This document shows, piece by piece, positions 53,603 to 64,000 of a stretch of DNA of 64,000 bases (positions are counted from its first letter, which is position 1; each line of letters begins with the position of its first letter). This stretch comes from an uncultured Spirochaetota bacterium. Lineage in GTDB: Bacteria > Spirochaetota > Spirochaetia > SZUA-6 > Fen-1364. A program made the position numbers and the translations under genes. The notes below the pieces were generated by a model. It did not search any database. It was not told the DNA's origin and saw nothing but the letters and a program-made list of their open reading frames with translations. Location: positions 384,001-448,000 of the forward strand of contig CAWAHW010000001.1 in the NCBI GenBank assembly GCA_963781885.1, written 5' to 3'.

Positions 53603-54247
53603 CTATCCCTTGAGGGCGTTCCTCAGGAGAGCCGACTTCCCCATGTAGGCCTGGACGAATTTCTCCCCGTTCTTCCCGGTCCACGGCAAAAGGCCGTAGT
53701 GGATGGGTACGGTGATTGTCGCAGCGAGCCCCCGAGCGGCCTCGACCCCCTCCTTTGCGCCAAAAGTCGCGAACCCGGCGATGGGCAAGAAGGCAAGGTC
53801 GGGTCTCATTCCGACCAGCTCAGCCCCCGAATCGGTGTCGCCACAGTGGTACACACGAATCCCGTCGAAGGAGAGAAGGTACCCGACCCAGTTCTTGGAC
53901 CGATGGTGGGGAAAGCCCCGGCGGTTATAGGCCGGAAAGGTCTTAACCATGATCTTGTCGATTACAATCTCTTCCCCTACGGCCATCACGCGCGTGGCGA
54001 CGACCGCCAGGTCTTTCGGCGTCACCACATGAGTCTCAGGCTTCCGAATCTTTTTGAGGGTCTGGGGATTATAGTGGTCACCGTGGGAATGGGTCAGGAA
54101 GACGTAGTTGGCCGGCAAAGGGTCGGAAGACAGGGAGTGGGGATCGATGTAGATCGTCTTGCCTCCCGCCGTGGTGATGCGGACACCCGACTGCCCGAGC
54201 CAGAGGACCCGTTCTGCCAAGAACTTGCGCACCTCTTGAACGTCCAT
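53603..54247 (-). CDS. MBL-fold metallo-hydrolase
   Basis: WLGQS, IYIDP, THSHGDH, PAYN, YHCGDT, PIHYG. Confidence 0.88.
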   Translation of the reverse strand: MDVQEVRKFLAERVLWLGQSGVRITTAGGKTIYIDPHSLSSDPLPANYVFLTHSHGDHYNPQTLKKIRKPETHVVTPKDLAVVATRVMAVGEEIVIDKIMVKTFPAYNRRGFPHHRSKNWVGYLLSFDGIRVYHCGDTDSGAELVGMRPDLAFLPIAGFATFGAKEGVEAARGLAATITVPIHYGLLPWTGKNGEKFVQAYMGKSALLRNALKG

Positions 54248-54309
54248 GAAATTCCTCTCCCTTATTCACCTATAATAATCAGTCCCACTCCGAGTTATTT
54301 TCCAAAACA

Positions 54310-55740
54310 CTAGTAAGTTTCGTTAGCGTGCTGTTCAGCCGCCTTGGGCAGCGAAATAGGAAGCCACATCGCGGATGCAAACAAAAGAGCGTGCAAGGCG
54401 CAAAGCAGGAGAAACGCCGCCGCGAAGGGCCCGAGCGCAGCGTCCCGTGGAATAGCTGGTGATAGTCTCCATCCCAGGAAGGTCGCGCATACGGTCGTTA
54501 GCGTAGGCCCCCCGAGACGCTGAATGATATTGAGAGCTGTCGTTGCCATTGGCAGCTGCTGCCGCTTGACCGAGGCGTATGCAGATGCTATCGACGGCAT
54601 ACCGACTGCGCCCAAGCCAAAGCCACGGACAAAGAGCGCGGACGCGAGCACAACGCGAACCAGCCCATGGCTTGCCAGGAAGAGAAAAGGCAGCGTCCCG
54701 GCTAACGCCAGAAGCGCGCCACCAGCCGACACTTTGCGAATGCCGAAGCGTTTCGTCAAAGTACCCAACATTGGGTAGCAGCACATCATCCCCAAGCCGA
54801 GAGGAGCCAGTAGCCAGCCTGTCGCGCTGGGTGACAGCCCACATGCACGGATCAGATAGATCGGAATCAACATCTGACCGGCAAACGTGATCCCGTTGGC
54901 CACGAACTGCGTGACGGCGGAGGCTGAGAAGATTTTGCTCTTGAACAAGCGAAGGTCGATAAGGGATCTGTCTCCCTTTTTTGCAGCGGTCCAGAAAAAT
55001 ACCGCAAGCAGAGCTATGGAGACGATGAGAGCTCCAAGACCAGTGCGATTTCCCAGATTATCCGCGCCATAGAGGAAGAGCACAAGTCCGGGCGACAAAA
55101 GCACCAGCCCAACCAGATCGAGGTCTCGCGGCCTCAGCTCTTCATGATCTTTGGGCAGGATGAGAACAGCCAGCACGATTGCCAGCATGCCGAAAGGAAG
55201 ATTGATCAGAAAAAGCCAGCGCCAAGAAGCATATTGCAGAATCGCTCCTGCAATCACCGGGCCGAGAATCGGTGCGAACAGAATCGGCACAGCCGCATAG
55301 CCCATCACGCGTACCATGTGCTTCCCCGCATGGCGCGCCATCATCATCTGGGCCATCGGTGCCAGCAATCCTCCGCTCATCCCTTGCAGCACGCGGAACC
55401 CGATGAGCGAGTTGGCAGACCAGGAAAATGCGCACAGGGCCGATGAAAGAGTGAACGCCGCGAAGCACCACAAATACAGTGCTTTGGCTCCGATCCGATC
55501 CACCAGCCAGCCGTTTAGCGGAAGTATCAGCGTCAGCGCCAGAAGATAACCGCTGGTCACCCATTGAATTGTCGCAAGGGTGCTGTGCAACTCCACGGCA
55601 AGGGCGGAGAGGGACACGTTCACGACCGTCGCATCGAGTTGAGCCAGAAACGAGCCGAGCACGGCGACGGCTGAGATCTTCCAAATGGCCGGGTCGGGCC
55701 GATCGCTCTCGCTGGACAGATTGGGCGAAATGTCTTTCAC
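54310..55740 (-). CDS. DHA2-family MFS efflux transporter
   Basis: LDATVVNVSL, QWVTSGYLL, FRVLQG, WRWLFLINLP. Confidence 0.9.
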   Translation of the reverse strand: MKDISPNLSSESDRPDPAIWKISAVAVLGSFLAQLDATVVNVSLSALAVELHSTLATIQWVTSGYLLALTLILPLNGWLVDRIGAKALYLWCFAAFTLSSALCAFSWSANSLIGFRVLQGMSGGLLAPMAQMMMARHAGKHMVRVMGYAAVPILFAPILGPVIAGAILQYASWRWLFLINLPFGMLAIVLAVLILPKDHEELRPRDLDLVGLVLLSPGLVLFLYGADNLGNRTGLGALIVSIALLAVFFWTAAKKGDRSLIDLRLFKSKIFSASAVTQFVANGITFAGQMLIPIYLIRACGLSPSATGWLLAPLGLGMMCCYPMLGTLTKRFGIRKVSAGGALLALAGTLPFLFLASHGLVRVVLASALFVRGFGLGAVGMPSIASAYASVKRQQLPMATTALNIIQRLGGPTLTTVCATFLGWRLSPAIPRDAALGPFAAAFLLLCALHALLFASAMWLPISLPKAAEQHANETY

Positions 55741-56213
55741 CGTGCCCCCCGCGCATCTCCGGAGGAGTCTGCGAGGCGTTTGAGCAGCTCCAGGGCACCT
55801 GCGAGCTGTTCCACTTCCGCGGGCGAGAGTTTCGTTTGGACGGCGCGGAACAGCCAATCCTCTTTCGCCGCCCGCTTGGCCTTGAGCAGTTCTCGGCATG
55901 TATCGGTGAGAGACAGGATGGTCTGCCTTCCGTCAGCAGGGTCGGGCGAGCCTTTCACGAGGCCAGCTGCCTCAAGCGTGGCAACCGTGGCACCCATGGA
56001 TTGCGATCTCACGCCATCAGCCCGCGCGAGAGCGCTCACCGTCGCGGGGCCATCACGCTCCAAGCGGGTGATCACAGCCGTCTGAGGCCAGGTGTAGTCG
56101 CCCAGATGAGTCTGTTCCCTCACACGGCCTCTCAGCTGGCTTATGACGAGACGCAGTTCTCCTGCAAGAGCCAACGCCCGTGCACTGTTGGAATTGGTCT
56201 TCTGTTTGCTCAC
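55737..56213 (-). CDS. MarR-family regulator
   Basis: TVSALARADGVRSQSM...LEAAGLV...DPADGR. Confidence 0.9.
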   Translation of the reverse strand: MSKQKTNSNSARALALAGELRLVISQLRGRVREQTHLGDYTWPQTAVITRLERDGPATVSALARADGVRSQSMGATVATLEAAGLVKGSPDPADGRQTILSLTDTCRELLKAKRAAKEDWLFRAVQTKLSPAEVEQLAGALELLKRLADSSGDARGAR

Positions 56214-56229
56214 GGACCGAATATGGCAC

Positions 56230-56263
56230 ATATGAAGGAAAGCTGTCAAGTTTTCCTTCATAT
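56230..56263. promoter_or_regulatory. Putative MarR operator surrounding the -35 element
   Basis: ATATGAAGGAAA-N10-TTTCCTTCATAT perfect 12-bp inverted repeat; TTGACA (minus strand) in the spacer. Confidence 0.7.
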
Positions 56264-56732
56264 TAATCGAGTCTCAAAGTAGCTGGAATAAACCAAGATT
56301 TCCCAGATTAACTCGTGGTTCGCATCGGCCATAGGGACAGGTAGGAGAAGTGAGAAACCTATAGAAATACCGATCCGATCTTGTGTAGGACGTTTGGCCC
56401 AGGAAGGAGCCCAAACTGAGCTCTCCCTTTGGAGCAGTTGAGTCGCGCCCTTCAGTTAAAGGAGGCTGTTATGAAGAACCCGGGAAAAATGCCATCGCAA
56501 TGCGTGTGGCATCCCAATGAGCATTGGAGACCGAAAGGGGACCCGATCAATAAATGGCTCTGGCGGCGCCGCAGCGAATTTGCAACCGCTTGACTGTGAC
56601 TCTGAGTGTGACCCTGAGCGCGAACACACAGGGATTCGGTGCAACATTGAGAGGCACGTATTACTTGACTTATGTCCTTTACCAATCTACAAATAAGCAC
56701 AGAGCCACGCACAAGCGAAAATGGACGCCATC

Positions 56733-56918
56733 TTCAGGGTCAGTGCCAGAAATGGTGTGGGGGTTCAAGCCCTCTTCCGGGCAAACTTAGTTCCTTAATT
56801 TGAAATGAGTTAAAGAGATACCCGAAATCTCACCGGTTTACAGTCCCCGGGTCTTTGGTTTTTTTTTTGGTTTTCAAGAGTGAAACCCAAGGAGGCTGGG
56901 TCATGCCGAGACCGAAGA
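56733..56918 (+). mobile_element. Degenerate third att core plus integrase leader and first codons (relic element)
   Basis: Collinear diverged copy of 39210-39396, including arm motif, AAGGAGG RBS and ATGCCGAGACC. Confidence 0.85.
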
Positions 56919-57318
56919 CCTTGGCAAATGTCAAGATCGGGTGTAAGAAATGCGGGCTATAGCATCTATGGGCCGAGACGGAGGCGGGGACCAGGAAGCC
57001 CAGATGGCCTGTAGCTCATAGCGGCCTCCGGTTTTCATATGGGGTTGCAACCATGGCGAGTACTTTATCAAAGCACCAGAGCGCATAGAGGATAGCCAAG
57101 CTTTGAGCGGGGATTTTGGGAGCCGCTTTGACAGGCAACATGGCGATGGCCAGAGGAAGACCGGTCTGACGTAAAAAAGTAGCTGTGACAAAGCTGCATT
57201 ATGTATGCACCGGTCCTACAGCGCTAAAACGATCGATCCGGATCGTGCGGCCACGCGTAGAAAAGACTGCCGCAAGAAGCGGCCTTTTATGCCCCCTGGC
57301 GCAAGGGTCCGGACCTAA

Positions 57319-57386
57319 CTATTTGATTTCGCGAATCTCGTTGTTCAGGTAATCAGCGACATAGAGGTTGGTGCCGTCTGTGTGAT
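57319..57386 (-). pseudogene. C-terminal remnant of an NHL-repeat protein
   Basis: Manual translation TDGTNLYVADYLNNEIREIK*. Confidence 0.55.
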
Positions 57387-57674
57387 TGTTTGCGCAGCAT
57401 GCACTTCCTCCAGATGACCACTTCTGAACTACTCGCTGTTCTTGGGCTGAGATTTCCCAATTTGAACTCTGAATTTCTGATTACTCCGTGAGACCGATCT
57501 CTTGTTTTCGTCTTTGCTATCCCCCTCCTCCGCCCAGTCAAGTCTATCTAGTAAGCTACGGCCGGTTATGAGAACTACTTTTTGTTTTAGGTGTAAGCTC
57601 ACTGGGAGGATGCCACTAGGTACGCTTTCGATGGACATTTATGGGCAAGTGCTTTGCCATCCAGGAGGACTGTG

Positions 57675-59264
57675 ATGAAACCACGTTTTCCCCTAGGCGT
57701 GCTGACGGGGCTACTGTTAGCGGCCATGCCGGTGACTGCAGTCAACATTAACATTTTCAACGCAGCAGCGTTCGGCGATGTCGAGGCAGCAAAGAGTTAC
57801 ATTAGCAGTGGCGGCGACGTGAACGCCCAGAACGACGACGGTTGGACGCCGCTGATGCTGGCGGTGAATGCGGACGAAGCCGAAATGGTTCAACTTTTAC
57901 TGGCAGCTAAGGCCGATGTCAACATTAAAAATCACCAGGGCGAGACCTCGGTGTCGCGGGACATCGAAGGCAGCGGTGCAAGCGCACATGGGGTGTACGC
58001 CGTAGGAGCAAAAGAGGGCGACATCAGGATCTTTGACAACGGCAGTACAGCGCTCATGATCGCGGCGACTAAGGGGCTGGCGCATATGGTCAAGCTGCTC
58101 ATCGCCGCAAAAGCGGATGTGAACGTAGTCTCCGACGTAGGCAATACCGCGCTCATGGCGGCCATCGATAGCTGGGAATACGAGAAGGGCAAGTTGGAAC
58201 TCGTGCGACAGCTTGTGCGAGCCCAAACGGACCTGAACGTGGCCAACCAAGAGTATCTTACCGCCTTGATGCTCGCGTTGAGACGAGTGGGTGAGGATGC
58301 GACCACCATCGAGGAGGACCAGCCCATCGCCGACCTACTCATCAAGTCTGGAGCGCGCTTGGAATACAAGGACGACGACGGATGGACCGCGCTATTTTTT
58401 GCATCCTACAATGGCAAGCCGGAGGCCGTGCATCACCTGGTTCTCGCCAACGTCAACATCGAGACGAAAGACAAGGATGGTTGGACGCCGCTGATGTACG
58501 CGGCAATGGAGGGCCATGCCAATGTAGTTGATATTCTGATTCGCGCCAAGGCAAATGTCAACGCGAAGAATAGTGATGGCTGGACGGCCTTAATGATTGC
58601 AGCTGACAATGGCTACGCCGACGTTGCAAAGCTGCTGATCGGCGCCAAGGCAAATATCAACGCGAAAGATCCATATTTACAGACGGCCATAATAGCGGCA
58701 GGTGAGGCTGGCCATGATGACTTAATCGCGTTGCTAAAGAATGCAGGGGCTTCTATAGGAGTTTATGAGGCAGCCGCCATTGGTGATACGAACTTTATTG
58801 CTTCCTACATCAAGCGCGGCGGTGATGTTGTCGACACGATAAACAACAACGGTTGGACTGTTTTGATGGAAGCGGCCAAAGCTGGCCGTGCTGATGTCGC
58901 AACGCTTGTGATCGGTGCAAATGCAAAAGTCAACGGAACGGATAATGACGGAAACACACCTCTGATGATTGCGGCTAATCATGGCCATGCTGATATCGCA
59001 AAGCTACTGATCGATGCTAAGGCAAATGTCAACGCAACGAGAAAGAACGGAGAGACGGCCTTAATGATTGCAGCTGACAATGGCTATGCTGACGTTGCAA
59101 AGCTGCTGATCGATGCTAAGGCTGATGTCAAGGCAACGGATAAGGACGGCAAAACGGCTCTAACATATGCGACTGAAAGATTCGACAAGCTCCCAAATGA
59201 TGCAGATCCAAAGCCCTGGAATGACCTCATTGAGTTGCTGAGGAGTGCCGATGCCACCCCGTGA
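57675..59264 (+). CDS. Secreted ankyrin-repeat protein
   Basis: AGGAGG RBS, signal peptide, about 13 G-TPLM/TALM ankyrin repeats. Confidence 0.92.
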   Translation: MKPRFPLGVLTGLLLAAMPVTAVNINIFNAAAFGDVEAAKSYISSGGDVNAQNDDGWTPLMLAVNADEAEMVQLLLAAKADVNIKNHQGETSVSRDIEGSGASAHGVYAVGAKEGDIRIFDNGSTALMIAATKGLAHMVKLLIAAKADVNVVSDVGNTALMAAIDSWEYEKGKLELVRQLVRAQTDLNVANQEYLTALMLALRRVGEDATTIEEDQPIADLLIKSGARLEYKDDDGWTALFFASYNGKPEAVHHLVLANVNIETKDKDGWTPLMYAAMEGHANVVDILIRAKANVNAKNSDGWTALMIAADNGYADVAKLLIGAKANINAKDPYLQTAIIAAGEAGHDDLIALLKNAGASIGVYEAAAIGDTNFIASYIKRGGDVVDTINNNGWTVLMEAAKAGRADVATLVIGANAKVNGTDNDGNTPLMIAANHGHADIAKLLIDAKANVNATRKNGETALMIAADNGYADVAKLLIDAKADVKATDKDGKTALTYATERFDKLPNDADPKPWNDLIELLRSADATP

Positions 59265-59334
59265 GATCATGGCTTTCCGCTAACTTCGTAGGCCTTGTCC
59301 TTCTCACATAACCTCGCAGACCGTCCTGGAAGCG

Positions 59335-59410
59335 TTGTGTGAACTATTCATCAAGCGAGGCCAACCTGAGTTTATCCGAAGCGATACCGGAAGCGAGTCT
59401 ACAGCAACGG
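59335..59410 (+). pseudogene. IS3-family transposase remnant
   Basis: ELFIKRGQPEFIRSDTGSESTA resembles the IS3 rve motif RG-P--IRSDNG-EF-A. Confidence 0.55.
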
Positions 59411-60064
59411 AGCGAAAGAAGCTTCTGAGCCCATCTTCCCCAAGGGGACGAAGCATGGGGTCGAGGTCGTCCTCGGCTGAGAGCGGAGGAAATCCGCATC
59501 AGCCGGGCCGTGCGCCTACCAGCGAACCGAGGCGCGGCGCGCGCGCATGGATCGAATCGAGATAGGCCGCTATCTCCTTCGATAATTGCTTCACCTCGTC
59601 AGCGCTGCCCGCGTAGTCATAAGTGATGACCTCTCCAAGCTTCGAGTTCAGGATCTTTTTGAATCCCGATTTGATCCATGAAGTCGGCAAGGCCAACGCC
59701 ATATTCATGCTGGAAGGCAGGACTTTGCGTCCGACCGACTTGAAGAGCTCGCGCACTAATCGCCAAAGAGCCTGCCTTTCACGTTCCCCGACGGAGCACT
59801 TCTATGGGCTAACACGGCGCCGGGTTCGAGGGGCTTCGCAGTCAACGCCTTTCCCCCGCTGGTTGCAACCCACCACATGCGAACGAGGCCCTCTTGCAAT
59901 GGAATCGGCGAGAGTGTTATTATGCGCGACAAGATCCACCTGAAATGGCACGCCAAGATAAAGGAGAGACGCCCTGGACGGCGAGGGCTGCCAGAGGACG
60001 TGACGCGACATGTGCGTGACAGACTTGGTGCAAAACACAGGAGGGCTTTTTTGAACGGCAGAAA

Positions 60065-60529
60065 TTGCTACCATCTGGGATATCGCGAATGAGACCACGT
60101 CGCAAGGGAAATGGCGGAGCGCATCTCCGCTTCATCGTGTACGTCATGAGTGGATGTTCAATCCTGCTGTTTTGCGGATGCGGGGTGTTCGATTACATCT
60201 CCCTTAGCTCAAGCTCGCCCGTGAGTGGATCGGTCTTGCACGCCGGTGACATGGTCACTGCCACTGTGGAGTATAGCTGCGAATTGTCTCATAACAGCAC
60301 TTCATATGACGTATATGCATTCATACGAGACAAGGACGACAATGTCTCCTACCTGGGAAATAGTACCATCGTCACAGCCAACAGCGGCACCGCAACGGTT
60401 GGTGGCACATTCTCGGGGTCGACCGCAGGTTCACCCTACACTCTCGAAGTGGCTGTCGGCTATTGGGACGAACAATACCAATACTACCAGGATGCCACGT
60501 ACGGAGTGTATAGCAACTATTACAACTGA
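60065..60529 (+). CDS. Putative lipoprotein with Ig-like fold (start uncertain)
   Basis: Basic N-terminus, ILLFCGC lipobox-like, Ser/Thr/Tyr-rich beta domain. Confidence 0.5.
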   Translation: MLPSGISRMRPRRKGNGGAHLRFIVYVMSGCSILLFCGCGVFDYISLSSSSPVSGSVLHAGDMVTATVEYSCELSHNSTSYDVYAFIRDKDDNVSYLGNSTIVTANSGTATVGGTFSGSTAGSPYTLEVAVGYWDEQYQYYQDATYGVYSNYYN

Positions 60530-61173
60530 ATTATCTGAGATAGCTTGTTTGGATCGCGGCCCTGCGGTAGCTCAACGGGGTCTTCAAAGCCGCCGACCGG
60601 GCCCCCGACGTGTCGATCACAGCGTCATTCAGTTGCGACTGCCTCACTCCGAAAGGATAGTCAGGCAGACTGCGCTTTCATCGGGATGCGCGCTACTTTG
60701 TTGCAGCTCTTGGGCTGGTTGTCTTGCGCGTTAGCATATTCGCAGAGAACCAAGGAATGGCAATCCCTATCAAAAAGTGAATACGGTTGGAGTCACACGA
60801 TCAACAATTCTTCCTTCCGCCACGGTATTGATAAAGCCGCCAATATCCGACTGCTTCCCCATATTCCAAAATTTCGGATGGCACCGCGCGACCTTTAGGC
60901 GATTACTGCCAGGCAGATCAGCCTGGCGAAGGATTTCGCCTGGTACACGGAGCTTGAGGGAACGGCCACCTATACCCTCCCCAAGTAACAGTCTTTGAGA
61001 CCGGGCGGCCGACGTTGTGCAACCTCGGCCGCGCGTCAATACAGTCAGGGTGGGCTTGCACTCACGGAGGCCATCTCGGGGACAGAAGGAGCCCCTTCTC
61101 ACCAGCAACAAGCGGGCTGCCGAGAGTCCCCCCCGACAGCCCCGATGCTCTCTCGCGGTCCCCGCGCAGGACG

Positions 61174-62649
61174 TCAGGTACTAGTTCCCGCCTCTGCCTG
61201 CGAACCTGTTTGCTGCGGAGCCGTTTCCGGCGCTGATTTTTTACGCACTGTCAAGAACAGCGTGGGGACCGCGGCAACCACGGTAAAGCCAATTGCCCAC
61301 CAGAAGGAGACGTTGAATGCATTGGAAATCGCATGAAGATCGGAGACGGCGTGGCCCGCCGTCTGGCGCTGGAGGACGGTCGCAAGAATGGCCGCCCCGA
61401 AGGCCCCGCCGATGGTGTTGAAAATCCTTGTGGAGATGCTCGCGTGGGGAGCCTGCTCTCTTGGAAGTCCGATATAAGCGGATGCCATGATTGCGATAAA
61501 CAAGCCGCCAAGCCCCGCTCCTCTGATCAGCAAGGCGGCAGCCAGAAGGACCAGATTCGTATCCGCAGCCGCAAAAGCAAACGGCAGCGTCCCGATCACG
61601 ATGGCGGCGAGGCTGAGCAGCACGATGGTGCGTGCACCGTCGCGGTCGGCCGTTCTCCCTGCCCAGCCTCTGGTCAGCAGCATCCCTATGCCTTGCGGAA
61701 GCAGCAACAACCCGGCAGACAGGACGCTTGCTCCGCGCGCCTCCTGGTAATAGAGCGGCAGCATCAATAAAACCCCGTTCATAATGATTCCCTGCAACGT
61801 CAGCAGGATATTGGAAGCGGAAAAATTGACGGATTTGAACAGCCGCACATTCAGAACCGGTTCCCGTTTCGTATTCAGAGCATAGACGACATAGGATGCC
61901 ATCAGGACAACGCCGAAAATGAGCGGAAGATAGACCGCGCTGCTGCCTAATCCCCCGTGCGTGGCGATCTGGGCAATGCCATAGACCAGAAGGGCAAAGG
62001 CGGGCGAGAGCAAGAGCAGGCCGATCCCATCAAGGGACGCTTTCTTTTCTACATGCTTGTCGGCCGGTATTCCCCACATGGACAACGGAATCGCCACGAT
62101 GCAGATGGGAATATTGATCCAGAAGATGGCGCGCCAGCTCAGACTGCTGACGACAATTCCTCCTATGACCGGGCCAAGGATCGGCCCAAGCAGACCGGGC
62201 ACGCTGATCATCGACATCATCCGCCCGAGATTGCGTCCGCCGGATATCTGCACAAGCTCGGTTTGCATGACCGGCACCATCAAGCCGGCGCCGACCCCCT
62301 GGATGACCCGGAAAGCAATCAGGCTCTGTATGTTCCATGACAGCATGGAGCAGACAGAGCCGACAAAGAAAATCACCAACGAAAAGATGTAGGACCGTTT
62401 GGCTCCAAATCGCTTGGTGGCCCAACCTGAAATCGGGAGGGTCAGCCCCATCGCGAGAATGTATGCCGTCGCGACCCACTGCACCGTGGAAATGGTCGCT
62501 TTCATCTCAACCGCGACCGTATGGATCGCCACGTTCATCATCGTCGAATCCAGCAATGGGACGAGCGCGCCGACGATCAGAACAGTGATGGCCCTGCGCA
62601 CGACCGGATCGAGTTTTTCTTTTGCTGGTTTTACAATCTCTGTGCTCAT
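61174..62649 (-). CDS. DHA2-family MFS efflux transporter
   Basis: LDSTMMNVA, QWVATAYIL, FRVIQG, WRAIFWINIP; AAGGAG RBS. Confidence 0.92.
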   Translation of the reverse strand: MSTEIVKPAKEKLDPVVRRAITVLIVGALVPLLDSTMMNVAIHTVAVEMKATISTVQWVATAYILAMGLTLPISGWATKRFGAKRSYIFSLVIFFVGSVCSMLSWNIQSLIAFRVIQGVGAGLMVPVMQTELVQISGGRNLGRMMSMISVPGLLGPILGPVIGGIVVSSLSWRAIFWINIPICIVAIPLSMWGIPADKHVEKKASLDGIGLLLLSPAFALLVYGIAQIATHGGLGSSAVYLPLIFGVVLMASYVVYALNTKREPVLNVRLFKSVNFSASNILLTLQGIIMNGVLLMLPLYYQEARGASVLSAGLLLLPQGIGMLLTRGWAGRTADRDGARTIVLLSLAAIVIGTLPFAFAAADTNLVLLAAALLIRGAGLGGLFIAIMASAYIGLPREQAPHASISTRIFNTIGGAFGAAILATVLQRQTAGHAVSDLHAISNAFNVSFWWAIGFTVVAAVPTLFLTVRKKSAPETAPQQTGSQAEAGTST

Positions 62650-62779
62650 GAGAAAACTCCTTTCATCGCCAGAGTAAGAAAAGTGACGGCATGTTGTATA
62701 AACAATGCTCTATCGCTATACTGAAAATGTAGAGCACGTCATGGCGAGTTCAATCGATAGTTCACGGTAGATATCGCAA

Positions 62780-63425
62780 ATGCGACAAAAACGCGAAAGT
62801 GTCGTGGAAAAGGAGGATCCTCGAATCCTGCGAACGCGGAAGTTGCTTGCAGGACGCCTTTATCGAGCTGATGGGTGACCACAGCTTCGAATCGATCACG
62901 GTCCAGGATATTACCGATACCGCAAGGGTCAACCACGCAACCTTTTACCGCCACTACCAGGACAAGTATCACCTGGCCGACGCGATTTTCGCTGAGGCGC
63001 TGGACTCCATGGTCCGCGCGTTTGGTCCCCCGAAGTCACTCCCCGAAGTTGACAGGACAGATTCAACGGTGATCCTGAAATCCTGGGGAATTATTTTCAG
63101 GCATGTCGCCGACAATGATCGCCTCTATCGAACTCTTTTTAACTCAAGTGGCAATACGGCGTTCATTCGCCGTATTCGTGAACATTTCGCCTCCATTGTG
63201 AAGGAGAGGATGGAGGCGAGAATCAAGCAGAACAAGCCGGGCGGGGCGCGCCGCGCGATGGTGAAGAACCCGAATTTTGACATTCATTATGCGCTCGCAG
63301 CCAATCTGATGATTGGGACGATCGGTTGGTGGCTCGAAGAAGGTCAGAAGTACGACCTCGATGAGGTGATCGTGTGGACTCGTAAACTTATGCACAGCGC
63401 TTTCGGAGAACTTCTGAGGGACTAA
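62780..63425 (+). CDS. TetR/AcrR-family regulator, frameshift near 62847
   Basis: MRQKRESVVEKEDPRILRTRKLL joins QDAFIELM...ITVQDI...NHATFYRHYQDKY. Confidence 0.85.
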
Positions 63426-63533
63426 TCGAGCCGGAGCCGACAGGAGGAGCATTGTCAGCCGTTTGGCATCTGCGAACGCCTTCACGCAACCCTGGGCACG
63501 GCTCGAAGAGTCGGCGTCGTCGCTGCGGGTCTA

Positions 63534-63965
63534 CTAAGCTCCGTATACCGGCATTTTCATGGTCAACACCGGTGTCGCCACAGTCATGTCTTGGACCAGC
63601 CCTGTACTTCCATAGAGACCTTCGAAGTCGAAAATTTCCGGATCAGAGACAATATCCGTGCTTTTCAGTGCAGCATCGAATCCATCTATTTCCGCTTCAA
63701 ACTCATTTGTGCCAACGGCCACCGTGATTCCAGTATTCCAAGCCTGGATCACCGATTCGGTATCTGAACCACCGTTTAGGTAGATACTGGGTGAAACAAA
63801 GTCCATCCACACCGCTTTTCTTGCAGGACTTATGTAAAGATAAAAAAAAGTGCCCGACGATTCCCTGGGTTGCAAACTATAGACATAGGTGGCGTCCGTC
63901 GGGAAGCTGGAGTCCGTCTTCAAGTAAATAAACAGGGTGCCTGTCGTTCCCTTTGCCATTTTCAT
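63534..63965 (-). CDS. Hypothetical protein (may be partial)
   Basis: 143-aa ORF with protein-like composition; no recognised motif. Confidence 0.4.
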   Translation of the reverse strand: MKMAKGTTGTLFIYLKTDSSFPTDATYVYSLQPRESSGTFFYLYISPARKAVWMDFVSPSIYLNGGSDTESVIQAWNTGITVAVGTNEFEAEIDGFDAALKSTDIVSDPEIFDFEGLYGSTGLVQDMTVATPVLTMKMPVYGA

Positions 63966-64000
63966 TTGTACATTTCGTCGGTGGGGATATAGGTGATATC

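Noticed and set aside
56471-56593. 40-aa ORF with a strong AAAGGAGG RBS
   Set aside because: No recognisable motif; cannot be supported as a gene without homology or expression data.
57260-57320. c-di-GMP-I riboswitch-like GCGCAAGGGTCCGGACCTAA
   Set aside because: Lacks the GGCAAAC/GAAA P1-P2 elements and has no suitable downstream gene.

Overview
GC-rich spirochaete-like chromosome segment (inferred from gene order). Bases 1-39.2 kb are core genome: aguB-aguA, tRNA-Ala(CGC)-pncB-dcd-neuB-like, lon, a LamG/FN3-TPR-HDOD-MBL cluster, uvrC, the pyrG-lptCAB-rpoN-hpf-hprK-ptsH-DUF4390-ntrY-ntrX-lexA-holA block, a CHASE-GAF-GGDEF cyclase and ymdB. From tRNA-Leu(CAG) (39177-39261) onward lies a lower-GC accessory region that looks like a tandem stack of integrated elements. 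The first is an intact ~13.7 kb element bounded by 54-bp direct repeats. It carries an integrase, a second tyrosine recombinase, Xis-like and Rep-like genes, a hairpin-rich putative origin, two XRE regulators, an ImmA-like peptidase and candidate defence cargo (MTase + REase, a NucS-like/EVE-like nuclease, a HhH-GPD glycosylase-like orphan). Next is a 3.8 kb integrase-less segment (MarR-MFS-MBL), then a third element whose integrase is reduced to a few codons. Many genes show a leaderless promoter signature, and the pyrG promoter has an architecture that suggests CTP-sensing by start-site switching. About ten single-base frameshifts, some in normally essential genes, are probably sequencing errors. 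All calls come from reading the sequence by eye; no searches were run.
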